A DNA stretch of 54,611 bases from Candidatus Nanopelagicales bacterium (GCA_009694585.1 SHUQ01000004.1:1-54611), one strand, 5' to 3'. Numbered from the stretch's first letter, positions 21,720-33,710 are shown. The notes: generated by a model not told the origin, from the letters alone. Numbers and translations: made by a program.

Positions 21720-24700
21720 TGCCAAGGCGTGCGGATATTAAGTCAATTTTGGTAATTGGGTCAGGGCCAATTGTCATCGGACAAGGCTGTGAGTTCGATT
21801 ATTCGGGTACCCAAGCTTGTCGGGTGCTCAAAGACGAGGGCTTGCGCGTAGTTTTGGTAAACTCAAACCCGGCTACGATCATGACCGATCCTGAATTCTC
21901 TGACGCTACCTATATCGAACCGATCACCCCTGAGTTCGTTGAACGTATCATCGCCAGAGAGCGCCCCGACGCGCTGCTTCCTACTTTGGGCGGCCAAACG
22001 GCATTAAATATTGCAATTGCATTGCACAAAAACGGCGTGCTTGATCGCTACGGGGTTGAAATGATCGGGGCTGACGTCAATGCCATTGAGCGCGGCGAGA
22101 ACCGAGAGTTATTTCGCGGCATTGTCGCGGCAATCGGTGCCGAGAGTGCGCTTTCGGTGATTTGTCACTCAATGTTGGATTGCCAATCAGCAGCTGAGCA
22201 ACTTGGGTTTCCGGTGGTTATCCGTCCCTCCTTCACCATGGGTGGTGCCGGGTCCGGCATCGCGTACGACGAAACCGATCTGTTGCGCATCGCCGGAGCC
22301 GGTCTGCAGGCAAGTCCAACTACCGAGGTACTTCTCGAAGAGTCGATTATCGGCTGGAAAGAGTATGAGCTTGAGCTAATGCGCGACCGCAATGACAATG
22401 TTGTCGTCATTTGCTCCATTGAAAATTTAGATCCAATGGGTGTCCACACCGGCGATTCCATAACCGTGGCGCCAGCTCTTACCTTGACCGATCGTGAGTA
22501 TCAGCACATGCGTGACGTTGGCATTGAGATCATTCGAGCTGTGGGAGTTGACACCGGCGGGTGCAATATTCAATTTGCGGTCAACCCTGAAGATGGTCGC
22601 ATGATCGTAATTGAGATGAATCCACGAGTTTCGCGCTCCTCGGCCCTTGCATCTAAGGCTACGGGTTTTCCGATCGCCAAGATCGCGGCACGATTGGCAA
22701 TTGGCTACACCCTCGACGAGATCCCGAACGACATCACGAAAGAGACACCGGCGTCATTCGAACCCAGTCTTGATTATGTAGTTGTCAAAGTTCCACGCTT
22801 CGCATTCGAAAAGTTCCCTAATGCCGATCCAGTGCTGACCACCACCATGAAGAGTGTTGGTGAGGCTATGGCCATCGGGCGCAACTTTGGTGAGGCGTTG
22901 CAAAAGGCATTGCGCTCCTTGGAGAAGCCAGAGGCAATATTTAGCTGGCCCGGTGACTCTGCGGAAATAGATGTGCCAGATCTCCTTGCGAGGATGCACC
23001 GTCCCCATGACGGCCGCCTCTCCTTGGTTCAGCAGGCATTGTGGGCCGGGGCGACTATTGAGCAGGTCCACGAGTCCACTCGCATAGACCCATGGTTTTT
23101 GGACCAAATATGTCAATTGAACGAAACCGCGGATGAAATTCGCTCGGCGCCTGCACTTGATGAGCCACTTCTACGCCGGGTTAAGCGCGTTGGTTTCTCA
23201 GATCGACAAATCGGCCAACTACGAGGCATAAGCGAGGATGAAGCCCGCGAGATCCGCCATGGCCTTGGCGTTCGCCCGGTTTTCAAGACGGTTGATACTT
23301 GCGCGGCCGAGTTCGCGGCTCAGACTCCTTACCACTATTCGACCTATGATGAAGAAAATGAAGCCGCCGCGAGTGACCGTACGAAGGTAATCATTTTGGG
23401 GTCAGGCCCAAATCGCATTGGTCAGGGTATCGAGTTTGATTACTCATGCGTGCACGCGGCATTAACCCTTCGTGACGCTGGCTATGAAACCATCATGATC
23501 AATTGCAATCCCGAAACTGTTTCTACTGACTATGACACTTCAGACCGTTTGTACTTCGAGCCTTTGACGTTTGAAGATGTCATCGAGATTGTGTACGCGG
23601 AGCAGCGGTCAGGCACCCTACTTGGCGTGATAGTGCAATTGGGTGGGCAAACCCCACTTGGGTTGGCGCAGCGACTTAAGAATGCCGGCGTACCAATCAT
23701 CGGCACGAGCCCGGAGTCGATTCACCTAGCTGAGGATCGGGGAGCATTCGGCCGGGTGCTCGCGCAAGCGGGTTTGCCGGCGCCTAAGCACGGTACCGCG
23801 ATGTCGTTCCCGGAGGCTCAGGCGATTGCCGCTGATGTTGGTTACCCGGTGCTAGTGCGACCAAGTTATGTACTCGGTGGCCGCGGAATGGAAATCGTCT
23901 ATGACGACAACATGCTCGCTGATTTTTTGGGTAGGGCTACCCAGATTAACCCTGAGCACCCGGTTTTAGTTGATCGATTCTTGGACGACGCTATTGAAAT
24001 TGATGTAGATGCCATCTTCGACGGCGAAGAATTGTTCTTGGCTGGTGTTATGGAGCACATCGAGGAAGCTGGGATTCATTCTGGTGATTCGGCATGTGCG
24101 TTGCCACCCATCACGCTCGGGGCCTCAGATATTGAACGTATTCGGGAGTCAACACTGCGCATCGCACAAGGGGTTGGAGTTCTCGGGCTGCTAAATGTGC
24201 AGTACGCCCTGGTTTCTGATGTGCTTTATGTGCTCGAGGCTAACCCTCGAGCTTCGCGGACCGTGCCATTTGTTTCGAAAGCAACGGCAGTGCCCATTGC
24301 GAAAGCGGCAGCACGGGTGATGGTTGGCCAAAAGATTTCTCAGTTGCGTCTTGAAGGTTTATTGCCCACTAGGGGCGATGGTGGCACGATGCCACCTGGT
24401 GCGGCCTGTTCTGTCAAGGAAGCTGTGCTTCCGTTTGGCCGCTTCCATGGCGTCGACACTTTGCTCGGCCCCGAAATGCGCTCGACCGGCGAGGTGATGG
24501 GTATTGATGATAGCTTCGGGCTGGCATTTGCTAAATCGCAAGAGGCGGCGTTCGCCGGTGGTTTACCAACCTCTGGCACTGCATTTGTGTCTCTGGCCAA
24601 TCGCGATAAGCGTGCTGCAATATTCCCGATCATGCGGTTAGCGGATCTAGGGTTTCAGATTGCGGCGACGGCTGGTACCGCCGATATTTTGGGTCGTCAT

Positions 24701-25039
24701 GGGATCTCCGCGAGGGTGTTGCGTAAGCATCATGAAGGCAGGGGTCCGGCGGGTGAACCAACAACGATCGATCTGATCATGGCTGGCGAGATCGCCTTAA
24801 TCGTAAATACGCCTTATGGGGTAGGGCCCAGGGTGGATGGTTATGAAATCCGCACTGCTGCTGTCATCAAGTCGGTACCTTGTATTACCACGGTGCAGGG
24901 GTTGGCTGCCGCCGTACAAGGAATAGCTTTACTGCGCAACGCTGAGGCCACAGTCCGCTCCCTGCAAGAGCATGCCCGCGATCTGCTCAAGCTGCGCCAG
25001 AGTGCTAGCGGTAGCGTCAGTCCTGCGGAGCTAGATTGA
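21719..25039 (+). CDS. carB: carbamoyl-phosphate synthase large subunit
   Basis: [26 protein letters not shown], duplicated ATP-grasp domains, C-terminal MGS domain. Confidence 0.98.
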   Translation: MPRRADIKSILVIGSGPIVIGQGCEFDYSGTQACRVLKDEGLRVVLVNSNPATIMTDPEFSDATYIEPITPEFVERIIARERPDALLPTLGGQTALNIAIALHKNGVLDRYGVEMIGADVNAIERGENRELFRGIVAAIGAESALSVICHSMLDCQSAAEQLGFPVVIRPSFTMGGAGSGIAYDETDLLRIAGAGLQASPTTEVLLEESIIGWKEYELELMRDRNDNVVVICSIENLDPMGVHTGDSITVAPALTLTDREYQHMRDVGIEIIRAVGVDTGGCNIQFAVNPEDGRMIVIEMNPRVSRSSALASKATGFPIAKIAARLAIGYTLDEIPNDITKETPASFEPSLDYVVVKVPRFAFEKFPNADPVLTTTMKSVGEAMAIGRNFGEALQKALRSLEKPEAIFSWPGDSAEIDVPDLLARMHRPHDGRLSLVQQALWAGATIEQVHESTRIDPWFLDQICQLNETADEIRSAPALDEPLLRRVKRVGFSDRQIGQLRGISEDEAREIRHGLGVRPVFKTVDTCAAEFAAQTPYHYSTYDEENEAAASDRTKVIILGSGPNRIGQGIEFDYSCVHAALTLRDAGYETIMINCNPETVSTDYDTSDRLYFEPLTFEDVIEIVYAEQRSGTLLGVIVQLGGQTPLGLAQRLKNAGVPIIGTSPESIHLAEDRGAFGRVLAQAGLPAPKHGTAMSFPEAQAIAADVGYPVLVRPSYVLGGRGMEIVYDDNMLADFLGRATQINPEHPVLVDRFLDDAIEIDVDAIFDGEELFLAGVMEHIEEAGIHSGDSACALPPITLGASDIERIRESTLRIAQGVGVLGLLNVQYALVSDVLYVLEANPRASRTVPFVSKATAVPIAKAAARVMVGQKISQLRLEGLLPTRGDGGTMPPGAACSVKEAVLPFGRFHGVDTLLGPEMRSTGEVMGIDDSFGLAFAKSQEAAFAGGLPTSGTAFVSLANRDKRAAIFPIMRLADLGFQIAATAGTADILGRHGISARVLRKHHEGRGPAGEPTTIDLIMAGEIALIVNTPYGVGPRVDGYEIRTAAVIKSVPCITTVQGLAAAVQGIALLRNAEATVRSLQEHARDLLKLRQSASGSVSPAELD

Positions 25040-25089
25040 ACCGGGGCAGCGAAGGTGAAGGACAAGATGGCAAAGGGTGTGTGAGATAG

Positions 25090-25944
25090 ATGCCGGTTCA
25101 GGTAAGGGGTGAGGTACTTGATGTGCGACGCGCCGGTGTGTATTACGTGCTTTCCGTCACCGCACCGGGTATCCCAGAGCAGTACCGACCAGGTCACTTC
25201 GTCACTATTGGGATCGGCGGCGAAGAGTCCGGTTTGATCTTGCGTCGCGCATTTGCGATTCACCAAGTGCAATCTCGCGGTGTTTATGGTGGCACTTTAG
25301 ATGTGGTAGTTGGCGTGCAGGGTAAGGGCACTCGTTGGCTAAGTGAACGTCGTCGCCATGACATCCTTGACATTGTTGGCCCCCTCGGCAAGCCATTTAT
25401 CTTGCCTAAGGAGGGGGTCCCATGCGTGCTGGTCGGTGGTGGCTATGGGGCGGCTCCGCTATTTATGCTGGCCGAGCAACTTCGGGAACGGGGATGTCGA
25501 GTCGATGTCGTACTCGGTGCATCAACCGAAGAAAAACTTTATGGAGTCCTAGATATCAAGCGGGTGTCGTCGATGCTCACCATCACCACCGAGGATGGCT
25601 CGTCCGGTACGAAGGGTCGGGTCACCGACGCCCTGCCGGGCATCATCGAACGCAATGATTCTGCGGTGGTTTATGCCTGCGGTCCAATGGGAATGCTCGC
25701 GGCGGTTGCTGACATCGCCTCGGAGTATCGCGCTTATAGCCAGTGTTCGGTTGAAGAATCCATGGCTTGCGGTATTGGTATCTGCATGACATGCGTGCTG
25801 CCTGTAGTTGGTGACGATGGGGTAACTCGCATGGTTCGGTCCTGCATTGATGGCCCAATATTTCGTGGCGATCTGGTGCGCTGGGATGAAATCGGCACGA
25901 TTCCTGCCGATGCTCTAGGTGCCCCAGCATTGGATGCGTCATGA
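25090..25944 (+). CDS. pyrK: dihydroorotate dehydrogenase electron transfer subunit
   Basis: GPLGKPF, GGGYG, ACGP and MACGIGICMTC...C [2Fe-2S] motif; coupled to pyrD. Confidence 0.9.
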   Translation: MPVQVRGEVLDVRRAGVYYVLSVTAPGIPEQYRPGHFVTIGIGGEESGLILRRAFAIHQVQSRGVYGGTLDVVVGVQGKGTRWLSERRRHDILDIVGPLGKPFILPKEGVPCVLVGGGYGAAPLFMLAEQLRERGCRVDVVLGASTEEKLYGVLDIKRVSSMLTITTEDGSSGTKGRVTDALPGIIERNDSAVVYACGPMGMLAAVADIASEYRAYSQCSVEESMACGIGICMTCVLPVVGDDGVTRMVRSCIDGPIFRGDLVRWDEIGTIPADALGAPALDAS

Positions 25945-26963
25945 CCAGGGCCATGTTTGGGCGCGCCATGCGAGCGGTAGATGCTACGGCCCCCACCACT
26001 GACATGTCGGCCGAACTTGCATCGCTGGCTATGCCCAGCCCGGTATTGACGGCGTCGGGATGCGCGGCTTCTGGGCGTGAACTGGACCAATTCTTTGACA
26101 TCACCAAGATCGGCGCGATTGTCACAAAGAGCGTGATGTTGCGAGCGCGTTCTGGGCGTCCGACTCCGCGCATGTGCGAGACCCCAAGTGGCATGCTCAA
26201 CTCAATCGGGCTTCAAGGCCCAGGTATCGAGCAGTTCATTGAAGAGGACTTAGCGTGGTTGAGAGCGCGTGGTGCCCGCACCGTGGTTTCGATAGCGGGG
26301 GAGTCCGTCGACGAGTACGGCAAACTGGCACAGAAATTGCGTATTGTTGAGGGTGTAGATGCCATCGAGGTAAATATTTCATGCCCAAACGTTGTTAACC
26401 GAAATCAGGTTTTTGCCTGCGATCCGGAAATGGCCGCAAACGTTATTCAAACGGTGCGGCGACAAAGCGACTCGAAGACACCGATTTTCGCCAAACTTTC
26501 CCCTGATGTCACTGACATCACCGAAATAGCCCGAGCGGTCGTGCGAGCTGGGGTTGATGGGTTAACGGTAATTAACACCTCGCTAGGGATGGTCATTGAT
26601 GTTGAGACGATGCGTCCGGCACTTGCTGGGGTTACCGGTGGCCTAAGTGGTCCCGCAATTCGTCCCATCGCACTTCGCTGCGTGTGGCAAATCCGTCAGG
26701 CGCTTCCCGATATCCCCATTCTCGGAGTGGGTGGGATCCGCACCGGCGTTGACGCATTGCAGTTTATCCTGGCCGGAGCCAATGCGGTTTCGGTCGGCAC
26801 AATGACATTTAATGATCCTTCAGCGCCGATGCGAGTGCACAATGAGTTGGCAATTGCACTCCAGGACCGGGGATTCGAGAGTGTTAGCCAAGCCATCTCC
26901 TATGGACATCGCGCCGCAGATATATTTGAACCCGAGGACGAAGGCGAAGCCGAACCCGAATGA
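25941..26963 (+). CDS. pyrD: dihydroorotate dehydrogenase (family 1B)
   Basis: NSIGLQGPG, NISCPN, KLSPDVTDI, GGLSGPAIRP motifs. Confidence 0.94.
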   Translation: MTRAMFGRAMRAVDATAPTTDMSAELASLAMPSPVLTASGCAASGRELDQFFDITKIGAIVTKSVMLRARSGRPTPRMCETPSGMLNSIGLQGPGIEQFIEEDLAWLRARGARTVVSIAGESVDEYGKLAQKLRIVEGVDAIEVNISCPNVVNRNQVFACDPEMAANVIQTVRRQSDSKTPIFAKLSPDVTDITEIARAVVRAGVDGLTVINTSLGMVIDVETMRPALAGVTGGLSGPAIRPIALRCVWQIRQALPDIPILGVGGIRTGVDALQFILAGANAVSVGTMTFNDPSAPMRVHNELAIALQDRGFESVSQAISYGHRAADIFEPEDEGEAEPE

Positions 26964-27676
26964 TCAGCAAACGCGGTCCAATCGCAGTAGCACTGGATGC
27001 ACCGGACTTAAGGACACTGAAGCAGTGGGCAGAAGCAGTTGCTCCGGCGGTGTCAACCTTGAAAGTCGGCCTGGAGGTCTTCTGCCGCGACGGTGAACTT
27101 GCGGTAATTGGCGCACGTGAAGCAGCAATAGCTGGTGGTATCAACGAAATCGAAATCTTCCTGGATCTCAAACTCCATGACATTCCAGCTACCGTGGCGG
27201 GCGCAGCGCGGGCCGTGGCCCATCTGGAACCGGCGATTTTGACGGTACATGCAGCAGGTGGCGCCGCCATGGTTGAAGCTGCTGCACTGGCGTTGCCGAA
27301 GACCAGAATTGCTGCGGTGACCATATTGACATCTCTTGATGAGCAGGCCTTGGCCGCCATTGGGATGGCTGGACCGTCAATCGATGCCGCGGTGCGCCTC
27401 GCAGTCCTTGCAACAAATGCTGGTGCGCGGGCCGTGGTGTGTTCAGCGCGTGAGGTGGGCGCGATTCGTGCTGCCGTAGCACCGGATATCACTTTGATCA
27501 CTCCGGGGGTGCGACCAGCAGGTAGCTCGGTGGATGACCAAAAGCGGGTAGCAACTCCGGAGCAGGCAATTGCAGACGGTGCGGATCTATTGGTAATCGG
27601 CCGGCCAATTACCGGAGCCGCTGACATCGCACAGGCGGCGCGTGACATTGCTTTCAGCATCGCGGGTGCCAACTAG
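26960..27676 (+). CDS. pyrF: orotidine-5'-phosphate decarboxylase
   Basis: VALD, KVGLE, FLDLKLHDIPATV, TPGVRP, DQKRV, GRPIT motifs. Confidence 0.97.
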   Translation: MISKRGPIAVALDAPDLRTLKQWAEAVAPAVSTLKVGLEVFCRDGELAVIGAREAAIAGGINEIEIFLDLKLHDIPATVAGAARAVAHLEPAILTVHAAGGAAMVEAAALALPKTRIAAVTILTSLDEQALAAIGMAGPSIDAAVRLAVLATNAGARAVVCSAREVGAIRAAVAPDITLITPGVRPAGSSVDDQKRVATPEQAIADGADLLVIGRPITGAADIAQAARDIAFSIAGAN

Positions 27677-28245
27677 TGGCGCCGAGACTCGCGCCACTAG
27701 TGGTTGTCTCCGGCCCATCTGGAGTTGGCAAGAGCACTGTGGTTGAAGCAGTACTTGCTCTGGCTCCTGAGGTTTGGCTGTCAGTTTCAGTAACCACAAG
27801 GCTGCCGCGCGTTGGTGAGGTAAACGGCAAGGAGTATTTCTTCGTCGATGATGTGCAGTTCACGCAGTTGGTTGAGCACGACGAACTACTTGAGTGGGCG
27901 CAATTTGCGGGCCACCGGTACGGCACGCCTCGTGGCCCCGTTCTTGAACATAGGGCTGGTGGTATTCCGGTGATATTGGCAATTGAGGTGGCCGGGGCCC
28001 GGCAGGTGCGAAGCCGCGTTCCAGAAGCCCAGTTGGTGTTTTTGGCCCCACCCTCGTGGCCCGAATTGGAGGCCAGACTCATTGGCCGGGGTACCGAATC
28101 TGCTGAGGCGGTGGCCCAGCGCCTGGCTGCCGCTGAGCATGAATTGGCGGCAGCTCCAGAGTTCGATCGGGTCATTGTGAATACCGACGTCGGGCAGTGC
28201 GCGGCCGCATTGGTAGCATGCCTGCATGAGCAACCCCAGACCTGA
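27676..28245 (+). CDS. gmk: guanylate kinase
   Basis: [10 protein letters not shown]-loop, SVTTR.PR.GE, YGTP motifs. Confidence 0.96.
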   Translation: MAPRLAPLVVVSGPSGVGKSTVVEAVLALAPEVWLSVSVTTRLPRVGEVNGKEYFFVDDVQFTQLVEHDELLEWAQFAGHRYGTPRGPVLEHRAGGIPVILAIEVAGARQVRSRVPEAQLVFLAPPSWPELEARLIGRGTESAEAVAQRLAAAEHELAAAPEFDRVIVNTDVGQCAAALVACLHEQPQT

Positions 28246-28498
28246 GGGCATTACCCATCCCTCAATAGATGCCCTTTTGGAAAAGACCGACTCGAAGTTC
28301 TCGTTGGTTATCTACGCATCCAAGCGGGCGCGGCAAATAAATGCTTACTACTCACAACTGGGCGAAGGCCTGCTGGAGTATGTTGGCCCCCTCGTTGAGA
28401 CCCATGTGCAGGAGAAGTCCTTATCGATAGCGCTGCGCGAAATCGATGCCGGGCTTTTGCAAGCAGAGGCGATCGAGGTAGTCGAGGCTACGGCCTGA
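28226..28498 (+). CDS. rpoZ: RNA polymerase omega subunit
   Basis: [20 protein letters not shown]...EYVGPLV...SIALREI actinobacterial omega signature. Confidence 0.96.
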   Translation: MSNPRPEGITHPSIDALLEKTDSKFSLVIYASKRARQINAYYSQLGEGLLEYVGPLVETHVQEKSLSIALREIDAGLLQAEAIEVVEATA

Positions 28499-28503
28499 CT
28501 TCG

Positions 28504-29763
28504 ATGTCGCCGCAACTAGGCGCCAAGGCCGGTTCGCCCCAAGTGGGTGACCGGCCTCGTGTCGTACTGGGGGTAGCCGGCGGTATCGCCGCTTACAAAG
28601 GTGTCGAAGTACTAAGGGGTTTGACTGAGTCGGGCCATTCCGTCACCGTGGTGCCGACTGCGGCAGCACTTAAATTTGTTGGGGAGCCCACCTGGGCGGC
28701 GTTATCGGCCCACCCGATAGCCACTTCGGTTTGGGCAAACGCACATGAGGTCTCGCACGTAAAATTGGGGCAGCAGGCCGATTGTGTGGTAGTAGCACCA
28801 GCCACGGCAGACCTGATAGCTCGGGCGACCCACGGCATCGCCAATGACCTGTTGACCAATGTGCTCCTAACCGCCCGGTGTCCAATTGTCTTGGCGCCGG
28901 CAATGCATACTGAAATGTGGCAGCACCCGGCCACCCAATGCAATGTTGCCGCCCTTAGAGCTCGAGGGGTGATCGTGCTGGAGCCTGCCGCCGGGCGGCT
29001 TACCGGTGCCGATTTTGGACCTGGACGCTTACCAGATCCCGCCGCCATCGTGGCTGCGGTTCAAGATGTATTGCGCCGACCTCCGACAGGTGACTTAGCG
29101 GGCCGCCGGGTAGTGGTTAGCGCCGGTGGCACTCGTGAATCTTGGGATCCGGTGCGTTTCATCGGAAATATCAGCAGCGGTCGGCAAGGGGTCGAATTGG
29201 CGCGCACCGCGGTTTCCCGTGGTGCGCTGGTGACTTTGGTGGCCGCGCACCTAGATGTCCCGATACCAGCGGGTGTCACGGTGGTGCCGGTGAGTTCGGC
29301 CGAAGACCTCCTGCAGGCGATGGCGGCGGCGGCACGTGATGCCGATGCGGTCGTAATGGCTGCTGCGGTAGCCGATTTTCGGCCCGAGGCGGTCGCTTCG
29401 GGCAAAATCAAGAAACCCGATGAGCCGGTCAATGTGAGCCTAAAGCTGTCGCAGACTGTTGACGTTTTGGCCGAACTAGTGCGCCGTCGCGAGGGCGAGT
29501 TACCAGTGATTGTGGGATTTGCCGCCGAGACTGCGGCTGATGCGACCGAGTTAGCTGAGTTAGGACGCCGCAAATTGGCCCGCAAAGGCTGTGAGCTATT
29601 AGTCGTCAATGAGGTTGGGCGTCAAGTGGTATTTGGGGCAGAAGAAAATGAAGTGACGATCTTGGGCCACGAGGGCACCCAGGTGCACGTAGCTCGGTCC
29701 TCGAAGGCGGCGATTTCTGATGCGGTCTGGGACGCCGTGGTGCATGAATGGAAACGCGCCTAA
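28504..29763 (+). CDS. coaBC: phosphopantothenoylcysteine decarboxylase/ligase
   Basis: GGIAAYK, PAMHTEMW, GGTRE..DPVRFIGN.SSG, AAVADF, GFAAET motifs. Confidence 0.96.
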   Translation: MSPQLGAKAGSPQVGDRPRVVLGVAGGIAAYKGVEVLRGLTESGHSVTVVPTAAALKFVGEPTWAALSAHPIATSVWANAHEVSHVKLGQQADCVVVAPATADLIARATHGIANDLLTNVLLTARCPIVLAPAMHTEMWQHPATQCNVAALRARGVIVLEPAAGRLTGADFGPGRLPDPAAIVAAVQDVLRRPPTGDLAGRRVVVSAGGTRESWDPVRFIGNISSGRQGVELARTAVSRGALVTLVAAHLDVPIPAGVTVVPVSSAEDLLQAMAAAARDADAVVMAAAVADFRPEAVASGKIKKPDEPVNVSLKLSQTVDVLAELVRRREGELPVIVGFAAETAADATELAELGRRKLARKGCELLVVNEVGRQVVFGAEENEVTILGHEGTQVHVARSSKAAISDAVWDAVVHEWKRA

Positions 29764-29832
29764 CCATTACACTCAATGGAGCATCTGCGATGCTCAATAT
29801 TTGTGTTGACAACATCTGTAAGGGGATATCAC

Positions 29833-31083
29833 GTGTCTAAGCGCTTGTTCACGTCTGAGTCAGTTACCGAGGGTCACCCGGATAAAATGGCGGACCAAAT
29901 CAGCGATGCGATTCTTGATGATTTGCTCCGGCAAGACCCACGCAGTCGCGTCGCGGTAGAAACCATGTTGACAACCGGGCAGGTGCACGTGGCCGGCGAG
30001 GTCACGACCGAGGGCTTCGCCGACGTCATTCGTTTGGTACGCGACACCGTGCTTGGTATCGGATACGACTCTTCCACCAAGGGTTTCGATGGTGAGTCCT
30101 GTGGTATCTCGGTGTCTATCGGTAAACAATCACCAGATATTGCCCAAGGTGTTGATGATGCCATCGAAGAGCGTGAGGGCGGCAGCGGCGACCCACTAGA
30201 TCGCCAAGGTGCCGGTGATCAAGGCTTGATGTTCGGCTATGCCTGCACTGACACCCTAGAATTAATGCCACTGCCAATTTCACTGGCCCACCGCTTAGCT
30301 GAGCAATTGACCGAGGTGCGCAAGGACGGCCGGTTGCCATACCTGCGCCCCGACGGCAAGACCCAGGTAACAATCGAGTACGACGAGGACGATCGCCCGA
30401 CTCGAATTGACACCATCGTGGTGTCTAGCCAACATGCACGCGATATCAACCTAGACACGATGCTCACCCCTGATATCCGCAAGCATGTTGTTGATCCAAT
30501 TCTTGAAACTGTGGATCTAGATTCACGTGATTACCGACTCCTCGTGAACCCGACCGGTCGCTTTGAGGTGGGTGGCCCGATGGGTGATGCCGGCCTGACC
30601 GGGCGCAAAATCATCGTTGATACCTACGGCGGCATGGCCCGTCATGGTGGTGGCGCATTCTCCGGTAAGGATCCGTCAAAAGTGGACCGATCGGCGGCAT
30701 ATGCAGTGCGCTGGGTGGCAAAGAACGTGGTTGCGGCCGGCTTAGCTACTCGCTGTGAAGTGCAGGTGGCTTACGCCATTGGCAAAGCCCACCCGGTCGG
30801 TGTTTTCGTCGAGACTTTCGGTACCGGCGTCATCGGTGACGAAGCCATCCAAGAAGCCGTACTCCGGGTCTTTGATCTACGCCCGGCGGCGATCATCCGC
30901 GATCTGGATCTACTCCGACCAATATTTAGAGTGACCAGCGCCTATGGTCACTTCGGTCGCCAGCAGGGCACCAATGAACTGCTTGACGCAGATCAGCCGG
31001 CGCAGCGTTCGCAGGTAGGACCAACATTTACCTGGGAAAACACCGATCGCGCCGAGAACTTGCGGACGGTTGCCGGAGTGTGA
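29833..31083 (+). CDS. metK: S-adenosylmethionine synthetase
   Basis: [28 protein letters not shown] motifs; GTG 29833 preceded by AAGGGG. Confidence 0.98.
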   Translation: MSKRLFTSESVTEGHPDKMADQISDAILDDLLRQDPRSRVAVETMLTTGQVHVAGEVTTEGFADVIRLVRDTVLGIGYDSSTKGFDGESCGISVSIGKQSPDIAQGVDDAIEEREGGSGDPLDRQGAGDQGLMFGYACTDTLELMPLPISLAHRLAEQLTEVRKDGRLPYLRPDGKTQVTIEYDEDDRPTRIDTIVVSSQHARDINLDTMLTPDIRKHVVDPILETVDLDSRDYRLLVNPTGRFEVGGPMGDAGLTGRKIIVDTYGGMARHGGGAFSGKDPSKVDRSAAYAVRWVAKNVVAAGLATRCEVQVAYAIGKAHPVGVFVETFGTGVIGDEAIQEAVLRVFDLRPAAIIRDLDLLRPIFRVTSAYGHFGRQQGTNELLDADQPAQRSQVGPTFTWENTDRAENLRTVAGV

Positions 31084-33152
31084 AGTCCGCGTTCGAATCG
31101 GAGACAAACCAGCTGGCTTTGCTGCCAGCAGGCGGCAAAGCTGCCGCGCGACGGCCCCGCAAGGGGCCGTCTTTGTCTGCGGTTATCGCCGAAGAGTTGC
31201 CGATCGCTCAAGTTCGAATCGACTCGCCACTGCCCCAACTTGATCGGATTTTCGACTACACCGTTTCCCAGCAGCTAAGTGATTTGGTGCAGCCGGGGGT
31301 TCGGGTGAGAGTCCGCTTTGCCGGGCGTTTGGTTAATGGGTTCGTGGTGGGCCGGGTGGGGGCCAGCGATGCTGGCAAGACACTGCGACCTATTGAACGG
31401 GTAGTTTCTGGTGAGCGCGTCCTCACCCCTGAGATTGCTGACTTAGTTGCTGCCGTTGCTGAGCACTATGCCGGCACTTTCTCTGATGTGGTCCGTAGTG
31501 CAGTGCCACCTAGGCATGCCCGGGCCGAAGCTTTGCAGTACCCAATGCCAGATGTCGATGTTCAAGTTCAAGAGTTGGATGCGCAGCGCTGGAGCCGGTA
31601 CACAAATGGAGCCGCGTTATTTCGACGCCTTCGAGGTGGTAAGTCCGCAAATACCAGGGGAGTTTGGAGTGCCGCCCCCGCTCAGCCTTGGTACCAAGAC
31701 ATCGCATCCTTGGCTCGGGCGATTCTTGAGCAGCCACTTGGCAGCGTCATTGTGGTGCTACCTGATGCGCACGATGTTGATTTGCTCTCGCGTGAACTTG
31801 TCGAGCTACGGGATATCACGGCGGTGCTAACAGCGGACCAAGGCCCAGAGCGTCGCTACCGAGAGTTCCTTCGGGGCTTACGTGGCTCAGTTCGATTGGT
31901 GATCGGCACGCGGGCAGTGGTCTTTGCACCGGTCATGGACTTAAGGCTCATCGTGGTTTGGGATGACCAAGACGACTCGCTTTGGGAGCCGCATGCGCCA
32001 TATTGGAATGCTCGTGATGTAGCCGCCATGCGTTCATCCGCCGGAGGCTGTGCGCTACTGGTGGGTTCACCCGCAAGAAGTGTTGAGACCCAACTTTGGT
32101 GTGAGCAGGGGTGGTCACAATCCTTAGCGCCGACCCGAGATGCCATTGCCTCAAGCGCCCCGGTGGTTCGAGCACTTGAAATTGATGACCTAGCCCGTGA
32201 TGTGGCGGCAGCATCTGCCCGGTTGCCGCATATGGCGTGGTCAGTTGCTAAGGAGGGTTTGAAGTCCGGTCCGGTGCTAGTGCAGGTGTCGCGGCGCGGG
32301 TATCTGCCGACGCTGTGCTGTCAAAACTGCCGCACGCCGGCGAGATGCTCATGTGGAGGCTCCCTTGGGCTGGCAACGGGGCAAAGTCTCCCGACCTGTA
32401 CCTGGTGTGGAGTACCGGCCACGAGTTGGAGTTGCCGGGTCTGCGGCGAACACAATTTACGTGCGGTAGCCATTGGCGTCGAACGTACCGCTGAAGAGTT
32501 CGGTAGGGCATTTCCAACGACGTCGGTGGTTTGGTCGCAGGCTTCAGCAATGCGTCGCAAGGTGGGCTCTGCTGCAGCATTGGTGATTGCTACTCCAGGT
32601 GCCGAACCAATCGCTGAAGGCGGTTATGCGGCGGTAATAATCTTGGATGCTCGGCTGCAATTGCAGCGTCCCCAACTTCAGGTAACGCAAGAGGCGGCAC
32701 GGAGATGGTTTGGGGCGGCGCTCCTCGCGCGTCCTCGAGCACCGCTGGTAATCACAGCGGATAACTCTGAGCCGGTGGTACAAGCTTTGGTGCGGTGGGA
32801 TGCGCCATGGTTTGCTCAGCGCGAGCTTGCCGATCGAGTGGCTGCAGGTTTACTGCCCAGCACCCGAATGGCGGTGCTGACTGGAGCAATTACTGATATT
32901 AGTGAGGTGCTGTCATTGTTGACAGTTGAGCACCAAGTCCTAGGTCCGACTGACGGTAGTTGCATAGTTGTTGTGCGGCGTGACTTAGGGGCGCAACTAA
33001 GTGCGCAACTGCGGGTCATTTCAACGACGCGTGCGGTCAAAGGTTCGGGCAAATCGGTTAACGTGGTGCTCGATCCCCGTGAGCCGATTACCAAGGCGAC
33101 CGCACCAATGCCGGGGATACCGAATGGCGCGACGCAGAATCCGGGGACATAG
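31080..33152 (+). CDS. priA: primosomal protein N' (actinobacterial type, degenerate helicase motifs)
   Basis: LDRIFDY...GVRVRVRF 3'-binding domain, IGTR.VVFAP, RRGY plus Cys-rich zinc region, G.ERTAEE; follows metK. Confidence 0.9.
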   Translation: MKSAFESETNQLALLPAGGKAAARRPRKGPSLSAVIAEELPIAQVRIDSPLPQLDRIFDYTVSQQLSDLVQPGVRVRVRFAGRLVNGFVVGRVGASDAGKTLRPIERVVSGERVLTPEIADLVAAVAEHYAGTFSDVVRSAVPPRHARAEALQYPMPDVDVQVQELDAQRWSRYTNGAALFRRLRGGKSANTRGVWSAAPAQPWYQDIASLARAILEQPLGSVIVVLPDAHDVDLLSRELVELRDITAVLTADQGPERRYREFLRGLRGSVRLVIGTRAVVFAPVMDLRLIVVWDDQDDSLWEPHAPYWNARDVAAMRSSAGGCALLVGSPARSVETQLWCEQGWSQSLAPTRDAIASSAPVVRALEIDDLARDVAAASARLPHMAWSVAKEGLKSGPVLVQVSRRGYLPTLCCQNCRTPARCSCGGSLGLATGQSLPTCTWCGVPATSWSCRVCGEHNLRAVAIGVERTAEEFGRAFPTTSVVWSQASAMRRKVGSAAALVIATPGAEPIAEGGYAAVIILDARLQLQRPQLQVTQEAARRWFGAALLARPRAPLVITADNSEPVVQALVRWDAPWFAQRELADRVAAGLLPSTRMAVLTGAITDISEVLSLLTVEHQVLGPTDGSCIVVVRRDLGAQLSAQLRVISTTRAVKGSGKSVNVVLDPREPITKATAPMPGIPNGATQNPGT

Positions 33153-33161
33153 AATCCACTC

Positions 33162-33707
33162 ATGGCGGTTCAACCCATTCGACTGTTCGGCGACCCCGTG
33201 CTGCGCACTCCGGCTGTCGCTGTAGAGACTTATGACAAAGAGCTACGAAAACTTGTTACTGACCTAACCGACACGATGCAAGATGCCCCAGGCGCGGGCT
33301 TGTCAGCTCCGCAGATCGGTGTCTTGCTTAGGGTGTTTACCTATTGGGTTGACGATGAACTTGGCCACTTGATAAATCCAGAATTGGTTTTGTCTGATGA
33401 ATTGCAAGACGGTGAAGAGGGCTGCCTTTCACTCCCGGATCTCGCATTTGACACTAAGCGGGCACTTAGTGTTGTGGCCCGAGGCATGAATATGCACGGT
33501 GAACCGATACTAATTGAAGGCAGTGATCTCTTGGCGCGCTGCGTACAGCATGAAACCGATCATCTCGATGGCATCATGTTTATTGATCGTTTGGACCCGC
33601 AAGCGCGCCGCGAAGCCATGCGATTGGTTCGCGAGTGCGAATGGTTCGGCAACCCAGCTCCTACCGTGCAGATGAGCCCCCATTCCCTTTCGGCCCGGTG
33701 GCTGTAG
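33162..33707 (+). CDS. def: peptide deformylase
   Basis: GAGLSAPQIG, EGCLS, QHETDHLDG motifs. Confidence 0.97.
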   Translation: MAVQPIRLFGDPVLRTPAVAVETYDKELRKLVTDLTDTMQDAPGAGLSAPQIGVLLRVFTYWVDDELGHLINPELVLSDELQDGEEGCLSLPDLAFDTKRALSVVARGMNMHGEPILIEGSDLLARCVQHETDHLDGIMFIDRLDPQARREAMRLVRECEWFGNPAPTVQMSPHSLSARWL

Positions 33708-33710
33708 CCA

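Noticed and set aside
26884-27672. Long antisense ORFs (262 aa here; also 4559..5320, 1794..2459, 17030..17647, 49663..50289, 53963..54586)
   Set aside because: Shadows of well-supported + strand genes in GC-rich DNA, with no recognisable motifs.
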